This document shows, in pieces, positions 1 to 13,564 of a DNA stretch of 64,000 nt. Numbering within the stretch: position 1 is the first letter of the stretch; the number at the start of each line of letters is the position of its first letter. The stretch comes from Malacoraja senta (Eukaryota). The stretch covers positions 8,930,001-8,994,000 of the forward strand of contig CM075993.1 of assembly GCA_038087875.1 (NCBI GenBank). Direction: 5' to 3'. Under the pieces are notes generated by a model, which was not told the origin of the DNA, ran no database searches, and saw only the letters and a list, made by a program, of their open reading frames with translations. A program made the translations under genes and the position numbers.

Positions 1-1957
1 ACCCTTGAAGACCGAAAAAGGTGAATTTATTATGGGGAACAAGGAAATGGCAGATGAGTTGAACAGGTACTTTGGATCTGTCTTCACTAAGGAGGACACA
101 AACAATCTTCCTGATATAGTAGTGGCCAGAGGATCTGGGGTGACGGAGGAACTGAAGGAAATCCACATTAGGCAGGAAATGGTGTTAGAAACATAGAAAC
201 ATAGAAATTAGGTGCAGGAGTAGGCCATTCGGCCCTTCGAGCCTGCACCATTCAAAATGATCATGGCTGATCATCCAACTCAGTATCCCGTACCTGCCTT
301 CTCTCCATACCCTCTGATCCCTTTAGCCACAAAGGCCACATCTAACTCCCTCTTAAATATAGCCTGTTGGATAGACTGATGGGACTGAAGGATGATAAAT
401 CCCCAGGGTCTGATGGTCTGCATCCCAGGGTACTTAAGGAAGTGGCTCTAGAAATTGTGGATGCATTGGTAATAATTTTCCAATGTTCTGTAGACTCAGG
501 ATCAGTTCCTGCAGATTGGAGGATAGCTAATGTTATTTCACTTTTTAAGAAAGGCGGGAGAGAGAAAACAGGGAATTATAGACCATCGGTGGTGAGGAAG
601 ATGCTGGAGTCAATTATAAAAGATGAAATAGCCGAACATTTGGATAACAGTAACAGGATGGAGTCAGCTTGGATTTACGAAGGGGAAATCATGCTTGACT
701 AATCTTCTGGAATTTTTTGAAGTAACTAGGAAAATGGACAAGAGAGAGCCAGTGGATGTAGTGTACCTGGACTTTCAGAAAGCATTTGATAAGGTCCCAC
801 ATAGGAGATTAGTGGGCAAAATTAGGGCACATGGTATTGGGGTTAGAGTGCTGACATAGATAGAGAAGTGGTTGGCAGACAGGAAAGAAAGAGTAGGGAT
901 TAACGGATCCCTTTAAGAATGGCAGGCAGTGACTAGTGGGGTACCGCAAGGCTCGGTGCTGGGACCGCAGCTATTTACAATATACATCAATGATTTGAAT
1001 GAAGGGATTCAAAGTAACATTAGCAAATTTGCAGATGACACAAAGCTGGGTGGCAGTGTGAACTGTGATGAGGATGCAATGAGAATGCCGGATGACTTAG
1101 ACAGGTTGGGGGAGTGGGCAGATTCATGGCAGATGAAGTTTAATGCGGATAAATGTGAGGTTATCCACTTTGGTAGCAAAAACAGGAAAGCAGATTATTA
1201 TCTAAATGGCGTCAAGTTGGGAAAAGGGGAAGTACAATGGGATCTGGGGGTCCTTGTTCATCAGTTTATGAAAGTAAGCATGCAGGTACAGCAGGCAGTG
1301 AAGAAAGCGAATGGCATGTTGGCCTTTATAACAAGAGGAATTGAATATAGGAGCAAAGAGGTCCTTCTGCAGTAGTACAGAGCCCTAGTGAGTCCACACC
1401 TGGAGTATTGTGTGCAGTTTTGGTCCCCTAATTTGAGGAAGGACATTCTTGCTATTGAGGGAATGCAGCGTAGGTTTACAAGGTTAATTCCCGGGATGGC
1501 GGGACTGTCATATGCTGAGAGAATGCAGCAGCTGGGCTTGTACACTCTGGAGTTTAGAAGGATGAGAGGCTATCTCATTGAAACATATAAGATTGTTAAG
1601 GTTTTGGACACGCTAGAGGCAGGAAACATGTTCCCGATGTTGGGGGAGTCCAGAACCAGGGGCCACAGTTTAAGAATGAGGAGTAAGCCATTTCGAACGG
1701 AGACGAGGAAACACTTTTTCTCACAGAGAGTGGTGAGTCTGTAGAATTCTCTGCCTCAGAGGGTGGTGGAGGCAGGTTCTATGGATGCTTTCAAGAGAGA
1801 GCCAGATAGGGCTCTTAAAAATAGCGGAGTCAGGGGATATGGGGAGAAGGCAGGAACGGGGTACTGATTTGGGATGATCAGCCATGATCACATTGAATGG
1901 CGGTGCTGGCTCGAAGGGCCGAATGGCCTACTCCCGCACCTATTGTCTATTGTCTAT
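1..1957 (+). mobile_element. CR1-clade LINE, ORF2 (RT) 3' portion, decayed; continues left of window
   Basis: ORF fragments 5-196, 367-702, 929-1375 ([16 protein letters not shown]) and 1388-1744 (PHLEYCVQFWSP); stops and frameshifts; ends in a (CTATTGT)n tail at about 1940-1957. Confidence 0.95.
187..364 (-). mobile_element. Short CR1 3'-end fragment nested antisense inside the CR1 above
   Basis: Begins with (AGAAACAT)n reversed tail, then reversed CR1 3' UTR; interrupts EMVL|GRLMG relative to the sister copy near 58030; flanked by TGTT at 183-186 and 365-368. Confidence 0.8.
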
Positions 1958-2625
1958 TATTAAAATGGCAGGAATATATGATTATAGAATATCGTGATTT
2001 GTAAGGCATTAACTACTGAATCAGTGTACTTGTTTAAGAGAACAGATTATTACTCTGAAAGGGATTATTACTATTTAACAAATGAAAGAATACCTTTTGA
2101 CTTGTTTGAAAGGCGGAAGGATCTGAAATGGAAGAGGGTGAGTGAAAAGAGGAAAGAAGAGAGAAAAAGAGACCAGGAAAGGTGGGAGCCAAGAAGAAAG
2201 GAGATATGGGCTGTTCATGTATGTTAGGTCCATGTGTGAATTTGATTTAATGTGTGTGTTTGTATGTGTGTAAAATATGTATAACGTAGCCTATCTAGAT
2301 CACTTAGACCTTCTTGCCATTGGTCCAAGACCTCATTCTGCCAAAATTGTATGGCAGCTGGTGATCAAGGGACTATATGTGTTAAAAGAGAACATGCATA
2401 AACATCACCCATTCTCCTCAACGTGTGGAGATGCTTGAAAATATTTGTTTTTTAAATTGCAACATAAATTGTAAACTGCATATTATAAAAATCAGTTGAC
2501 ATCGTTACATCGTGTGAAATTCCTTCTGACTCAAAGGACAATACCTGTATAATTTAATATAGCCACACAATCATTATTCTAACTTTAGTTTTTATAAACT
2601 GATAATAGTTTTGCTTTATTTGTAG

Positions 2626-2676
2626 ATAATGCCTGCCCCAAAGGATATACAAGAACTAATGGAACAATCTGTGAAG
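2626..2676 (+). CDS. FBN1: Fibrillin exon, end of hybrid domain 2 (DNACPKGYTRTNGTICE)
   Basis: tgtag| ... GAAG|gtatgt, 51 nt, phase 1-1. Confidence 0.88.
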
Positions 2677-3230
2677 GTATGTAATACTGCGCTGTTTGTA
2701 TCTCTGCCCACAAATCCAAATTATAGAATATAAATCAATGCTTTTTTTTAACATCAAATGACTGTACAATGCTCAGGGAATTTGTATAAAGCACAAAAAA
2801 TCCATATGCCTCATGAGATGACACTTTAAAAATGGATGATAGTACTCATTAATACTAAGATGTTGATAATTTAACTTTTGTGATATGACTTTCATCCAGA
2901 ATCCATGTCTGTTTGTGATTAGTAAATGGCAAATTGCCATGCCTTTTACACTCCAAAGAACAGTCACATTAACGATAATCCCATTGGTTGAAGAGAAATG
3001 CATTCCATTGTAATTGGCATCATAAGTAGACATTGCTCATGAGTTTGGAACTTTTGAGTTCACCTTTACAAATGTATTTTTTTATTTTCCCTTGTCCAGT
3101 TATGGTAAGTCATAATAGTACTTATTCTTTTTAGTTTACAAAGCAAAATTAGGTAAGTGTTCTGTGTCTGCTTGTAACTATTTCAATAATGCCATTTTTT
3201 TCACCATAAGTATTTTATAATTCTTTTTAG

Positions 3231-3356
3231 ATGTTAATGAATGTAAAGTATTCCCTGAAGTATGCACAAATGCTGCTTGCGTGAATACAGCTGGGTCATT
3301 TCAGTGTACATGTCCTAATGGAATGTCCTTGGACAGCAATGGAAGGACATGTGTTG
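3231..3356 (+). CDS. FBN1: Fibrillin exon cbEGF10 ([42 protein letters not shown])
   Basis: tttag| ... |gtaagt, 126 nt, 6 Cys, Ca-binding consensus. Confidence 0.95.
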
Positions 3357-3581
3357 GTAAGTATAGATTGAAACTTTCACCAAAATTCAGAGATACCTCA
3401 GCCATATTGTGACAGACCGTTGGCTGCCCATTAGGCCTTTCCCTTGGACTCTATTGGGAAACATTGTTTCTACCAACTCATTTCCTGGCTCAATCTCCAA
3501 AAGAGAGCATGGGCCCAGCTTGCAGTCCTCTCCCAACTGTAAGTTGGTCCTATCCCTGTTAAACTCATATCTAAGTACCTA

Positions 3582-4390
3582 TAGAAAACATAACAAATAG
3601 TACAGTATAGGAACGGGCCCTTCGGCCTACAACGTTTGTGTTAAACATGATGCCTAATTAAACTGATTTCATCTACCTGTACGGGATCCATATCTCTCTG
3701 TTCTTTACACTTTCATGTGCCTATCTAAAAACCTTTTAAATGCCACTCTGATATATGCCTCCACCATCACCCCTGGCAATGCATTCGAAGCCCCTACCAC
3801 TCGACCCCCACTTCACCACCACGCAACAAAAGCTTTTCACTGTACCTCAGTACACATGACAATAAACTAAATTCAAACTCACTCTCGGTGCAAAAAAAAA
3901 CTTGCACCAAGCATCTCCATTAAATTTACCCCCTCTCACCTTATGGCTTTGCTTTCTAGTGATGGACATTTCCACCCTGGTGAAAAGATTCTGACTGTCT
4001 ACCTTATCTATGCCTCCCATAATTTTATATACTTTCATCAAGTCTCCCCTCAACCTCCAATGTTCCAGATAAAACAATCTAAGTCGTAACTGAAACCCTC
4101 TAATCTAGGCAGTATTCTTGTAAACCACCTCTGCACCCACTCCAAAGCCTCCATATCCTTCCTGTAATGGGGTTAACCGAAGTGAACGCAATACTCCAAA
4201 TACGACCTAACCAATGTCACATAGAGCTGCTTCATGACTGCCTGACTTTTATTTCAATACCCCTAGCAATGAAGGCAGGCATACCATATGTATTTTTTGC
4301 CACTTTATGTACTTGTGCTAGCACCTATAGTGAGCTACGAATGTAGACTCCCAAGATCTGTACAGCAATTCTATTAAGGATCTTGCCACT
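3582..4390 (-). mobile_element. Decayed CR1 3' fragment with a small nested LINE tail (about 3804-3880, +)
   Basis: ORF 3847-4077 (RLRGDLMKVYKIM); reversed CR1 3' UTR gggcccttcggcc. Confidence 0.8.
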
Positions 4391-4438
4391 ACTGTAACTG
4401 TAGAGTTCCTATCTTGAGGAAAATGTGAAGATATACTA

Positions 4439-5073
4439 CAGTAAACCCTCGTTTTGACGGATCCCTTTATAACCGATCCAGACTTTCACCCCCCCCCCCC
4501 CCCCACCCCAACCTTGGCTTCCAACGCCACCCTCACTCGCAAGCTACACCAGCAAGCCCTTCTTCACCCATCGCACGATCCGATTGACACAGCTGTTGTT
4601 GTGCCTCACGTTGTAGCCACTGGGAACAGTGCTTTCTTCGGGCCGCCACCAACGACAGGACATGTTTGCTCACTATGGAGCTCCCTCCCCTCTTACTGGC
4701 TGCTGCTTCTCTTCTCTTGTCCACTTGGCCTCCCCCCCCCCCCCCCTTGGCATCCTGTTGGGGATTACAATGTGAGCTGCAACAACAGCCACATCATCGG
4801 TGAAGAAATGCAGACCAGTGGCATTGGCGCCCAGTTTTAAAGTGGAGTAACTTAGCAGACTAAATCAGTCTGAAGAAGGGACCTTCCCATGTTCTCCAGA
4901 GATGCGGCCTGACACACTGAGTTACTCCAGCACTTTGTGTCCTTTTGTGTATTGACCATCACCTGCAGTTCTCTGTTTTAATTACGTGCAATGATAAACC
5001 TTACTTGGTTATAGCAGGCAATTGGCAATAGCGGACACCACCCCCCATAGTCCGTTATAGCGAGGGTTTACTG
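4439..5073. mobile_element. Non-autonomous Tc1/mariner-superfamily (pogo/Tigger-like) MITE
   Basis: TIR CAGTAAACCCTCG at 4439-4451 and reverse complement at 5061-5073; TA on both sides; related left ends at about 23957 and 63564. Confidence 0.75.
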
Positions 5074-5158
5074 TATTTTGCATATTGAGATAAAATGCTA
5101 TGAGAAACTGAGAACCCGCCGCCGATAAACTGAAGTAACTGAACTGAAGTTGACTAAT

Positions 5159-5405
5159 CACAAAAAGCTGGAGTAACTCAGCGGGGCAGGCAGCATCTCT
5201 GGAGAGAAGGAATGGGTGACGTTTCGGGTCGAGACCCTTCTTCAGACTGGTTAGGGATAAGGGAAATGGGAGATATAGGCAGTAATGTGGAGAGATAAAG
5301 AACAATGAATGAAAGATATGCAAAAAAGTAACGATGATAAAGGAAACAGGCCATTGTTAACTATTTATTGAGAAGCTAGTGCGACTAGGGTGGGGAAGGG
5401 ATCAG
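5159..5405 (-). mobile_element. Penelope-like element terminal repeat (pLTR)
   Basis: Same sequence as the 3' end of the GIY-YIG-bearing element at 40620-40922. Confidence 0.8.
5216..5247 (-). ncRNA. Minimal type-I hammerhead ribozyme motif
   Basis: Minus strand reads gt CTGAAGA a GGGTC tc GACCC GAA ACGT C ac: intact core, perfect stem II, palindromic ACGT helix III. Confidence 0.7.
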
Positions 5406-5558
5406 GCACGTGCCGTGAGTAATTACTCAGGGTAGACAGTCAGTTGGCTTTTAAAAAATCTTAAACAGTGCATGCGCAGATTGTTCTCCTCTCCGTAAGC
5501 TGTCAGTCGACTTTTATAAAGTAATTTGTCTTCAAAAGCCATATCTCTTAATAAAGTA

Positions 5559-6020
5559 CCGTATTTCCCAGAAATGAAGACAGACCTGCATCGAAGACGC
5601 ACCCCCATTTTGAGTTGCTAAATTTTGAAAAAAAGGCTGGCGGGACATAGAATTTCTCATGCTCAAAAAATTAAAATAAAGAAAGTAACAATTCAATTTG
5701 CCCAAGGCTTCCAAACCGCCTCCATTCTGAATTACTGAATCGGTGGAGGGTGACGGCAGGTGGAGAGATGGTGGGAAAAACGGGAGCACACCACACCAAT
5801 TGGGGGGAGTTTCTTTTACAGCGTTCCTTTTAAAGGGGAATCTGGCCCGGGTCAGCGCGGACAGGAGCGTTGAGAAGGAGGGGGTCGGGGATCATGCCAG
5901 CAACTCACTCACCGCTGCCACGGCGCTCCGGGCGCGGAGCCACCGCATTGTGGCCGGGGAGGGAAGTAGTTCAGGTGGCTGCGAGCGGCCACCTCAGCGC
6001 CTTCTGCCGGCCCACGCACT
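5559..6020. mobile_element. pogo/Tigger-like MITE, partial, same family as 25276-26261
   Basis: TA+CCGTATTTCCC terminus and shared subterminal ttgctaaattttgaaaaaa; GC-rich internal segment shared; right TIR not found. Confidence 0.6.
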
Positions 6021-7289
6021 TCTGGCAGTGCTCTTCGTCTGAACACCTCTCTCCTGCCGCTCGCCGGCCTCGATCATGTCAGCCGCTTCCCGCAAATCCT
6101 TACATTCCGTCTGTGCTGGGAGCAGGACATGGCATCACTTGCTGCGCTGGGTGACACTGCATGCCATTCACCGTGTCTTTCAATGTAGACCGGACAGTGA
6201 GGAGACCAGCTCAAGAGCGGGTCAGCAGGTGGTGGAGCTTACTCCTGTGTCAGGTACCAATATTGTAATATTGCAGTTCCTTCTTAAAAGTATTGTAATC
6301 AATGTTGGTTCGTGAGTATTAATTTACTGCTTCAATTGTGGACCTTAATAGATAATGCACAAATTTACTTTTCCTCACATTTAAATTGCATTAAAATTGT
6401 GTTCTTTATCAATGTTATTCTATGATTACTGCTCATTGTTTGCTCCACTGGGAGCTGCTATTCTATTCAAGCTGCAGCACAATGTTTTACTAGAATGTAA
6501 ACATGGTATATGGTAATTAGGTCCAGAAAAACTCATCTATACAATGTGATTGTTCCTTTTGCAGTCGGCCCAAGTGTATAATTAAAAATAGGAATTAAGT
6601 TAAAAAGCTAAATTTCATCTCCAACCATGCAGTATCTATGGGCAAGGCGAGGAGACATTTTTTTACATCAACTCTGGGACAGCCAACCAGCAGTGAACGA
6701 AAGGGCATTCCTTAAATAAATGATTTAAACTCTTATCGGATTGCTATTTCAATTTGAGAGGTGAAGAGCAGAGCATTGTAACACACTCAAATAATAAATC
6801 TATCAACGTCAAAATAAGATAATGTATTTACATTTTAATTTACAGCAGATTGAGTGAACTAAATGAGACCCTTAAGTCTCACAATAAACGTTTTGGTTTT
6901 TCTTGTCCCAGACTAAATCCCTTCTTGCAGTTCCCCTGCTGACATCTTGTTCCAGGGAGCTATTTCTGCATCCTGAAAACCACAGGTTTTAATGTTAAGG
7001 TTGTCCCACTATTTGCCTGTTCATCATTGTTCCTGGGTGGGCTGTTTACTCATTCGCCTGTATTCCCATACAGGAGCTAAAATCAAATCTACAGAATTCA
7101 TTTTATGGCCTAAAGTGAAATTAGAAAATGTAACCTTCTGTTTGGAACTATAATATTCAGCTGCTTCATCAGCTGTTTTTTAATTTAACTACAGACACAA
7201 ATATTTTTACAATTTATGAGGTAATTTACTATACTGCTACCTACTTTTCTGTACCAAAAGTGACAACTTTAGCGTTATGCTTTGGCCAG

Positions 7290-7511
7290 ATATTCGTTTG
7301 GAGCACTGCTATTCGAAATACGATGAGGATGAATGTACAGCGTCTATACCTGGAAGATTTCGCATGGATGCTTGCTGCTGTTCTGTTGGTGCTGCTTGGG
7401 GGCCAGATTGTGAAAAATGTCCTGAGAAAGGAACAGGTCTCTACAAAACTCTTTGTCCACGAGGACCTGGATTTTTCAGCAGAGAAACCAATGGGAAGCC
7501 TTTTTTTAAAG
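7290..7511 (+). CDS. FBN1: Fibrillin exon TB3 ([16 protein letters not shown]...[13 protein letters not shown]...[10 protein letters not shown])
   Basis: ccag| ... AAAG|gtaact, 222 nt, 8 Cys including CCC. Confidence 0.96.
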
Positions 7512-9000
7512 GTAACTATTGCACTAAACATTTATAAAACAATATAAAATTTGCAATATTTTACTGTATCAAACCACACATTTTACATTAAACTGACACG
7601 TGGGTTTTGTGTAGGATCTTATTCAATTTACGAAATAAATAACAAATTAGTGTTTATGGGCTGTGGTGGGAAATTAATGTCAGCAATGCTTACTTCCCAA
7701 GAATGATTCATTTTCAAACATGCACTCTGATCCATGGTCTGTATAGATGTAATGGATTTCAACTAGATTATTATTGGTAATCTGGTTAAGAGAGTGAAAT
7801 AAATTAGTTAACTTTCTTCATTTGCTTTGCTTAAATAGGATTGCTTTAATACTGAATCGGGATACAATCAGTCTCCCAATCTTCGCCATAGTTTAAGAAC
7901 TATTTGACAATGTTGAATGTTGGTTATTTTATCATCTCACTGAGAGTAGGAAGGAAAGGGAAAAAACATTATGCCGAAGATACTGGTGTAACTTATGTAT
8001 CAACATTTATAACTGTGTATCCATAATCCAATTGTTGTTAACTCTGAATTTTGGTTGATGTAGAATTAAAAGGTGGAATTAGCTTCCACATGAATTGCAA
8101 CCTCTGTGAAGGACAGATGACAGTAGCAGTCCGTAAATCTTTTCATCACATCATGAGAATTAATTCAATCCAAATGGAGCATTGTAATTTGAAAATTTTC
8201 TTTGGGAGCAGGGAGTTTGCTAATGGGTTGATTCACTTAGGACTTGAACATTTATCTAGAAATGTCAGTACACCCCAAAGACTATGCTGGAATGGCTTTT
8301 ATGCTGTTGTCCTATTCATCAAATTTACTTTGGCTCAGTTACAAATTTCAGGGCATTGCACTCTTTTCGTGATCATAAATTTCCGCATGGTCCTTCTCTT
8401 CTGAGACAGGACTTTAAAAAGTGGTCCAAAAGCTAATTTGCTCTGATTCAAGAATGGAGTTGTGGAGGAAAGGTATGAGGGTAGGGGATGTTGTGGATAA
8501 GCTCCTTGCAACCTTGGTGGACTCTTAGGGTGTTTTCTGGTCTTAGTAGTTTTCTAGGGGTGCAGTGTGGTGCTGGGGTGAAAGAAAGCACCCAGACTCA
8601 CAGGTGCTCATGCTTGGGAGAGACACTGCTGCTCATGTTAGGAAGGGAAAGTATCTGAGGTATTAATACTTGTTTTGGGGGTCAAGAGATATGAGAAGCT
8701 GCAGCCTGTGGTCAGGAAGGCAATGCAACCTGTGGAATAGAGGGGAAGAATCGGAAGCACAACTTGTAGAAAGGAGGAAAGGGAATGGAGACATTGCAGC
8801 TTGAGGTAGAAAGGGAAACGATTGGAGACACTGCTGCTTCTTGAAGAGAAGGAAAGGATCACAGACATTCTCCTCAGTGTAGTGAGGGAAGATATCAGAC
8901 ACACGGCCATTTCTGGAAGAGAGAGAAGGGATCAGACGCTGATCAGACATCGGGATTGGAGACAGTGCTGCTTCTGGAAGAGAGAACATTTATCAAAGAT

Positions 9001-9140
9001 TGTAGGAAGGAGCTACAAATGCTGGTTTAAACCGAAGATAGACACAAATTGCTGGAGTAACTCAGCGGGACAGGGAACATTTCTTCTCTCCAGAGATGCT
9101 GCATGTTTCACTGAGTTACTCCAGCATTTTGTGTCTATTT
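9001..9140. repeat. Inverted pair of Penelope pLTR 3' fragments
   Basis: atagacacaaattgctggagtaactcag ... ctgagttactccagcattttgtgtctat form an inverted repeat. Confidence 0.7.
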
Positions 9141-9919
9141 ATCAAAGACTGCCGGTTGTGGCTAACAAAGAAGAGATGAAAATTCAAAAAGCAAATGAAC
9201 ATATCAAAAAGCTTTAGGGTGGCAATGCCTGGAATCTGCTGTGATTTAGCATTTAGGCAAGATGCAAAGCATCCAAGAGAACAACATTCGATTTTCTTTA
9301 AGAAGTCTGGGATGTTTTGTACTATTCAGTGCATTTATGAGGTCCAGACACACACGAGTGCTACAGTAAAGTTTCATGAACTTTATGAATCCTGGTCGCA
9401 GGATTGTCTGATAACACAATAGCTTGTTGGAACTGGAGCTCAATCTCAAAAGCCAACATTTTCTGAGGTCGTATAGGAGCAGTTTTCAGTATTAGTTCTC
9501 GCGATGAGCTGGATATACTGGTCAGTGGGTCTACAGATTTCTGTTTTATACTGTTATCTACCGGAATACACGCACAAAACACGTTGAATGGATGACAAAG
9601 GTGGTTTTACAAGTCAATCAAGTAGAATCTATGATGCACAGTCTGGGAGATTATATTCTATTTAGTGCTGTTGAATATATGAAATCAAGGTTTGGCCATT
9701 TGGGAGCGAGGTCAACTGCAAATGTTTAAAGACACATGCTGTATCGATAAATCAAAGCATATGTCTCCATCTAAGACTGAAAAGCTGTCCTGCAACATAA
9801 AAAACTCATCCACTGATTTAATATATTTATAGGACTGAAATTTGATGGCAAGCACATTGTATCAATGGGACTTTGCCAGCTACGATATTATGAGTCATTA
9901 GAACCCTTGATTCTACAAA

Positions 9920-10046
9920 GAAGAAGGGTCTCGATCTGAAACATCGCCAATTCCTTCTCTCCATAGATACTGCTTTACCCGTTGAGTTTCTCCAGCATTT
10001 TGTGTCTAGCTTCGATTTTACCAGCATCTGCAGTTCTTTCTTAAAC
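9920..10046 (+). mobile_element. 5'-truncated Penelope pLTR with 10-bp target site duplication
   Basis: ATTCTACAAA at 9910-9919 and 10047-10056; decayed hammerhead half at the 5' end. Confidence 0.8.
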
Positions 10047-10329
10047 ATTCTACAAACCTTTCGGTATTGAGCCTAGGAGAACTCTTCACTGGGCTTTTTT
10101 ACAACCATTAGCTGTACACAATGGACCTAAGGACTGAGAAACAGGTTGGTCGACGGCCTCTGCCTGTGTACAGGAAATCCAAGAGGGGTTCAAGCTTTTT
10201 AACAGGAGAGAACATGCCGCTAAATGGCCAAAACGGCAAGAATAACACTGCTTGGCTTTTGCCACAAGCATGCAGGATCATAGTATTAATTTGGTCTTAC
10301 GGAACGGGAATGGAAAAAAAGAAAAGAAA

Positions 10330-10630
10330 GGGCAGCACAGTGACGTAGCTGGTAGAGCTGCTGTCTCATGGACCAGATACCCAAATTCAATCCTGGCCTC
10401 AAGTGCTGTCTTTGTGGAGTTTACACATTCTCCCTGTGACCGCATGGGTTTCTTTCCACCTCCCAAAGACGTGTGGATCTATAGGTTAATTGGCCTCTAC
10501 AAATTGTCTCTAGTTTGTAGGGAGTAGATGAGAAATTGGGATAATATAGAATTAGTGTGAATCGCTGGCCAACGCATGAACTCAGTGGGCTGAAGGGCCA
10601 GTTTCCATGATGTGTCTTTAAAACTAAAAC
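10330..10630 (+). mobile_element. tRNA-derived SINE (HE1/V-SINE-like)
   Basis: tRNA-like head, central cattctccctgtgaccgcatgggtttc core, CR1-like tail gggctgaagggccagtttcc, (CTAAAA)n. Confidence 0.8.
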
Positions 10631-11235
10631 TATGAACTTAAGTCCAAAACTTTTAGATAAATTGCTCACAAGGAGAGCACAGTTTACACTGGTAAATCAA
10701 CATGGATAAAACAGATCTCATCCTACTTTACATCCATCCCGGTTTTGTTTGCAATTCCACTTAAAAGTAGAATGCACAGCTAATTCAATACAGCTGCCCC
10801 CTTTAGCAGGTTACTCAACTTTTAGATTTTTATATATCATTAATTACAACACCTAGAAATTATTTTTAGAATTTTGGAAGTCATAAAACCCAAATTAACA
10901 TGGAAATACAGGAAGATCTGTAAATAAATTAAATCTGTGGATGAATTTTTTATGTTGCATGACAACTTTTCAGAATAAATACAATGGTATTTTAACTGCA
11001 TAGCATTGTTCACGCATTTAGATGTTTATGTAAAATTATATGCTTATAAAAGTGTTTCATCCCGTCTGTGGGTGGGTTGACAATAATAGCAACATACATA
11101 AATTTAGCGCCATAACTAATAAGAAAACATTATGATTCTTCAGAGGAAAAATGTGATTCCTCATGTCAACACAGTTTAACAGTTTGTTTTATGCAGAGTT
11201 AAAGGAGCAGATGCAGACCCTGGGAAGAGTCATTG

Positions 11236-11775
11236 AACCACATATCACAGAAACAAGCATTTCGTCCCAACTTGCCTATTCTGACCAAGATATCTAATTT
11301 ATAGGTTTGGCCCATATACCTCTAAACCTTTCCTATCCATGTACCTGTCCAAATGACTTGTAAATGTATTGTATCTGCCTCAACTACCTCCTATGGCAGC
11401 TCATTCCTATATACTCATCACTCAATGTGACAAAGTTGCTTCTCAAGTCCTTATTAAGTCTTTCCCCTCTCACTGTAAACCTATGGCTTATGTTTCTTGA
11501 TTCCCCAACTCTATGTAAAATAATCTGTACATTCATAAGTTTATGTCAATGGGGCAGAATTAGGCCATTTGCCCTATCGAGTCTACTCTGCCATTTAATC
11601 ATAGCTAATCTATCATTTGCTCTCAACCTCCTACCTTCTACCTGTAATCTTTGACATCCTTACTAATCATTTAACCTCTCTATTACCCTCATGATCTTAT
11701 ACACATCTATAACATCACTCCCCTTGCCTCCTATGCTCCAAGGAATAAAGTCCTAGCCTGCCCTTAATCCTGGCA
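11236..11775 (-). mobile_element. Decayed CR1 3' fragment with a nested short fragment
   Basis: Reversed CR1 3' end (ctctaaacctttcctatccatgtacctgtccaaatg). Confidence 0.7.
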
Positions 11776-11967
11776 AAAGTTCAAGTTAATGATATTGAAA
11801 ATTTTGATGCCGGATGTACTTTTCAATAGCTTGGTCTTGTTTTTAATAAATGAATAAGGAAACAAAAATTCTTCCAGCACAAGAAGTTGAAGGGCATTGC
11901 AATGTATATGAATAAAGTTTGTGTTGATGTAAAGCTCCACTTAAAATAAATCTTGCCTTTTTTTCAG

Positions 11968-12093
11968 ATATCAATGAATGTAGGACAATCCCAGGTCTCT
12001 GTACCAATGGAAAGTGCAGAAACACCATTGGGAGCTTCAGATGCAAATGTAATAATGGCTTTGCTCTTGATTCAGAAGAAAGAAACTGTACAG
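11968..12093 (+). CDS. FBN1: Fibrillin exon cbEGF11 ([42 protein letters not shown])
   Basis: ttcag| ... CAG|gtatgt, 126 nt. Confidence 0.96.
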
Positions 12094-13435
12094 GTATGTC
12101 AAAAAATAACTATTAAATTATTCCTGAGCATTAATAATTTTGGGAATATTAATGAAGTTTTGTTTAGAATATCCCTTGTTTTTCACAAGGTGATATCACA
12201 GCTCATTCACAGCTGTGGATAATATCCCTACTCCATTAATTTGTTGATGCTCTGATTTTCAGGAACTAAATAGTACTTGAGCTTTATTTGAACTTGAAAA
12301 GAAGTACACATTCCTTATCAACCAAAAATGCAGCTCCCTGCATCAGTATAAAGAAGAGTCAGAATCTTAGTCTCATCACCAGTCCCCGTTGCCAACTGAC
12401 TCCCCCCCCCCACCCCACCCCCATCCCTTGACCAATATTAAGTGGGTCTTAAAATTGCTTTTCCGAATTGAATAACCAACAGGCTAAAGAAAACAAAATA
12501 GCATTATCAAGTTTCTTGTTCAACTATTTAAAATAAGTTGATGTCTTTGTTAAAATGTGTTAATGTATTTGTTAATTATTGCTTTTAATTAATATATTTG
12601 TTAAGATGTTTATTTTAAGTTCTTATCTGTGTGGTTTTAAGAATGAGTTCAAAGAAGATTTCAAGTCCATTAAAATGTTTAACTGAAGAATTACTGGAAA
12701 TCCACCATTTTTGCTGAATGTAATCATGTTTTAAAGGAAACTACGTTTACTCTCTGGTTTTAATAATAAAACTGTCTGGAAACCTAAAAAGGCACGATGG
12801 TGCATGGGGGGCTCATTATTTTGTACAAGATCCACTGCCAGCCCATGGATCAATGCATTCTGTGCTTCAGAATATGCCTTACACAAGCTTTTCCTTAACT
12901 AAGTGTGGAGCTAACAAAGGGAGTCAGATAGGTTGCAGATTTCAGGGAAGGCTGAGTGAAGACAAAAGGTGTGGGTAAGGAGAGTTAAGGCAGGAAGATT
13001 GGGAGTATCAAGTGATAGATCCAGGCTGAGGGGATTTTATTATAATTGGGTAATGGGTGTAGGAGGATTGACACCACACAATCAATATAAGCTTTAAGGA
13101 TTGGAGACCGAACGGATAGAGGAATGAGGATTCTGATTACACTGGAAGCAAGATGAAGGCACAGAAGTGGGGGAAACAAATTCAAGGAAAGTATTTGGAG
13201 ACAGTTTTACCAGTAAGACAGTGCCTTGCCTTCGTGACACAGATCAAGTAATTCGTTCATCATAAATAATGGTGAAGCAGGCTCAGCAATTGTATCATTA
13301 CAATAGGTAGAGAGATTCCAAATTACATTCCAGACAGCACTATGAAATATACAGTTATGTGGCTCATAAAAATATGAAAGAATTTATCATCCTAAATGTC
13401 TTATCCTCCATTAAGAACTTTTCTTTTTCTCACAG

Positions 13436-13564
13436 ATATCAATGAATGCCGCATCTCTCCTGACCTATGTGGCCCTGGAACTTGTGTTAACACTCCTGGA
13501 AGTTTTGATTGTGAATGCTTCGAAGGATATGAAAGTGGTTTTATGATGATGAAGAATTGCATGG
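13436..13564 (+). CDS. FBN1: Fibrillin exon cbEGF12 ([43 protein letters not shown])
   Basis: cacag| ... |gtatgt, 129 nt; [12 protein letters not shown] fibrillin signature. Confidence 0.97.

Noticed and set aside
8638..9217. ORFs 8638-8910, 8663-8989 and 8822-9217
   Set aside because: No recognisable domain or splice structure; they run into Penelope repeat sequence
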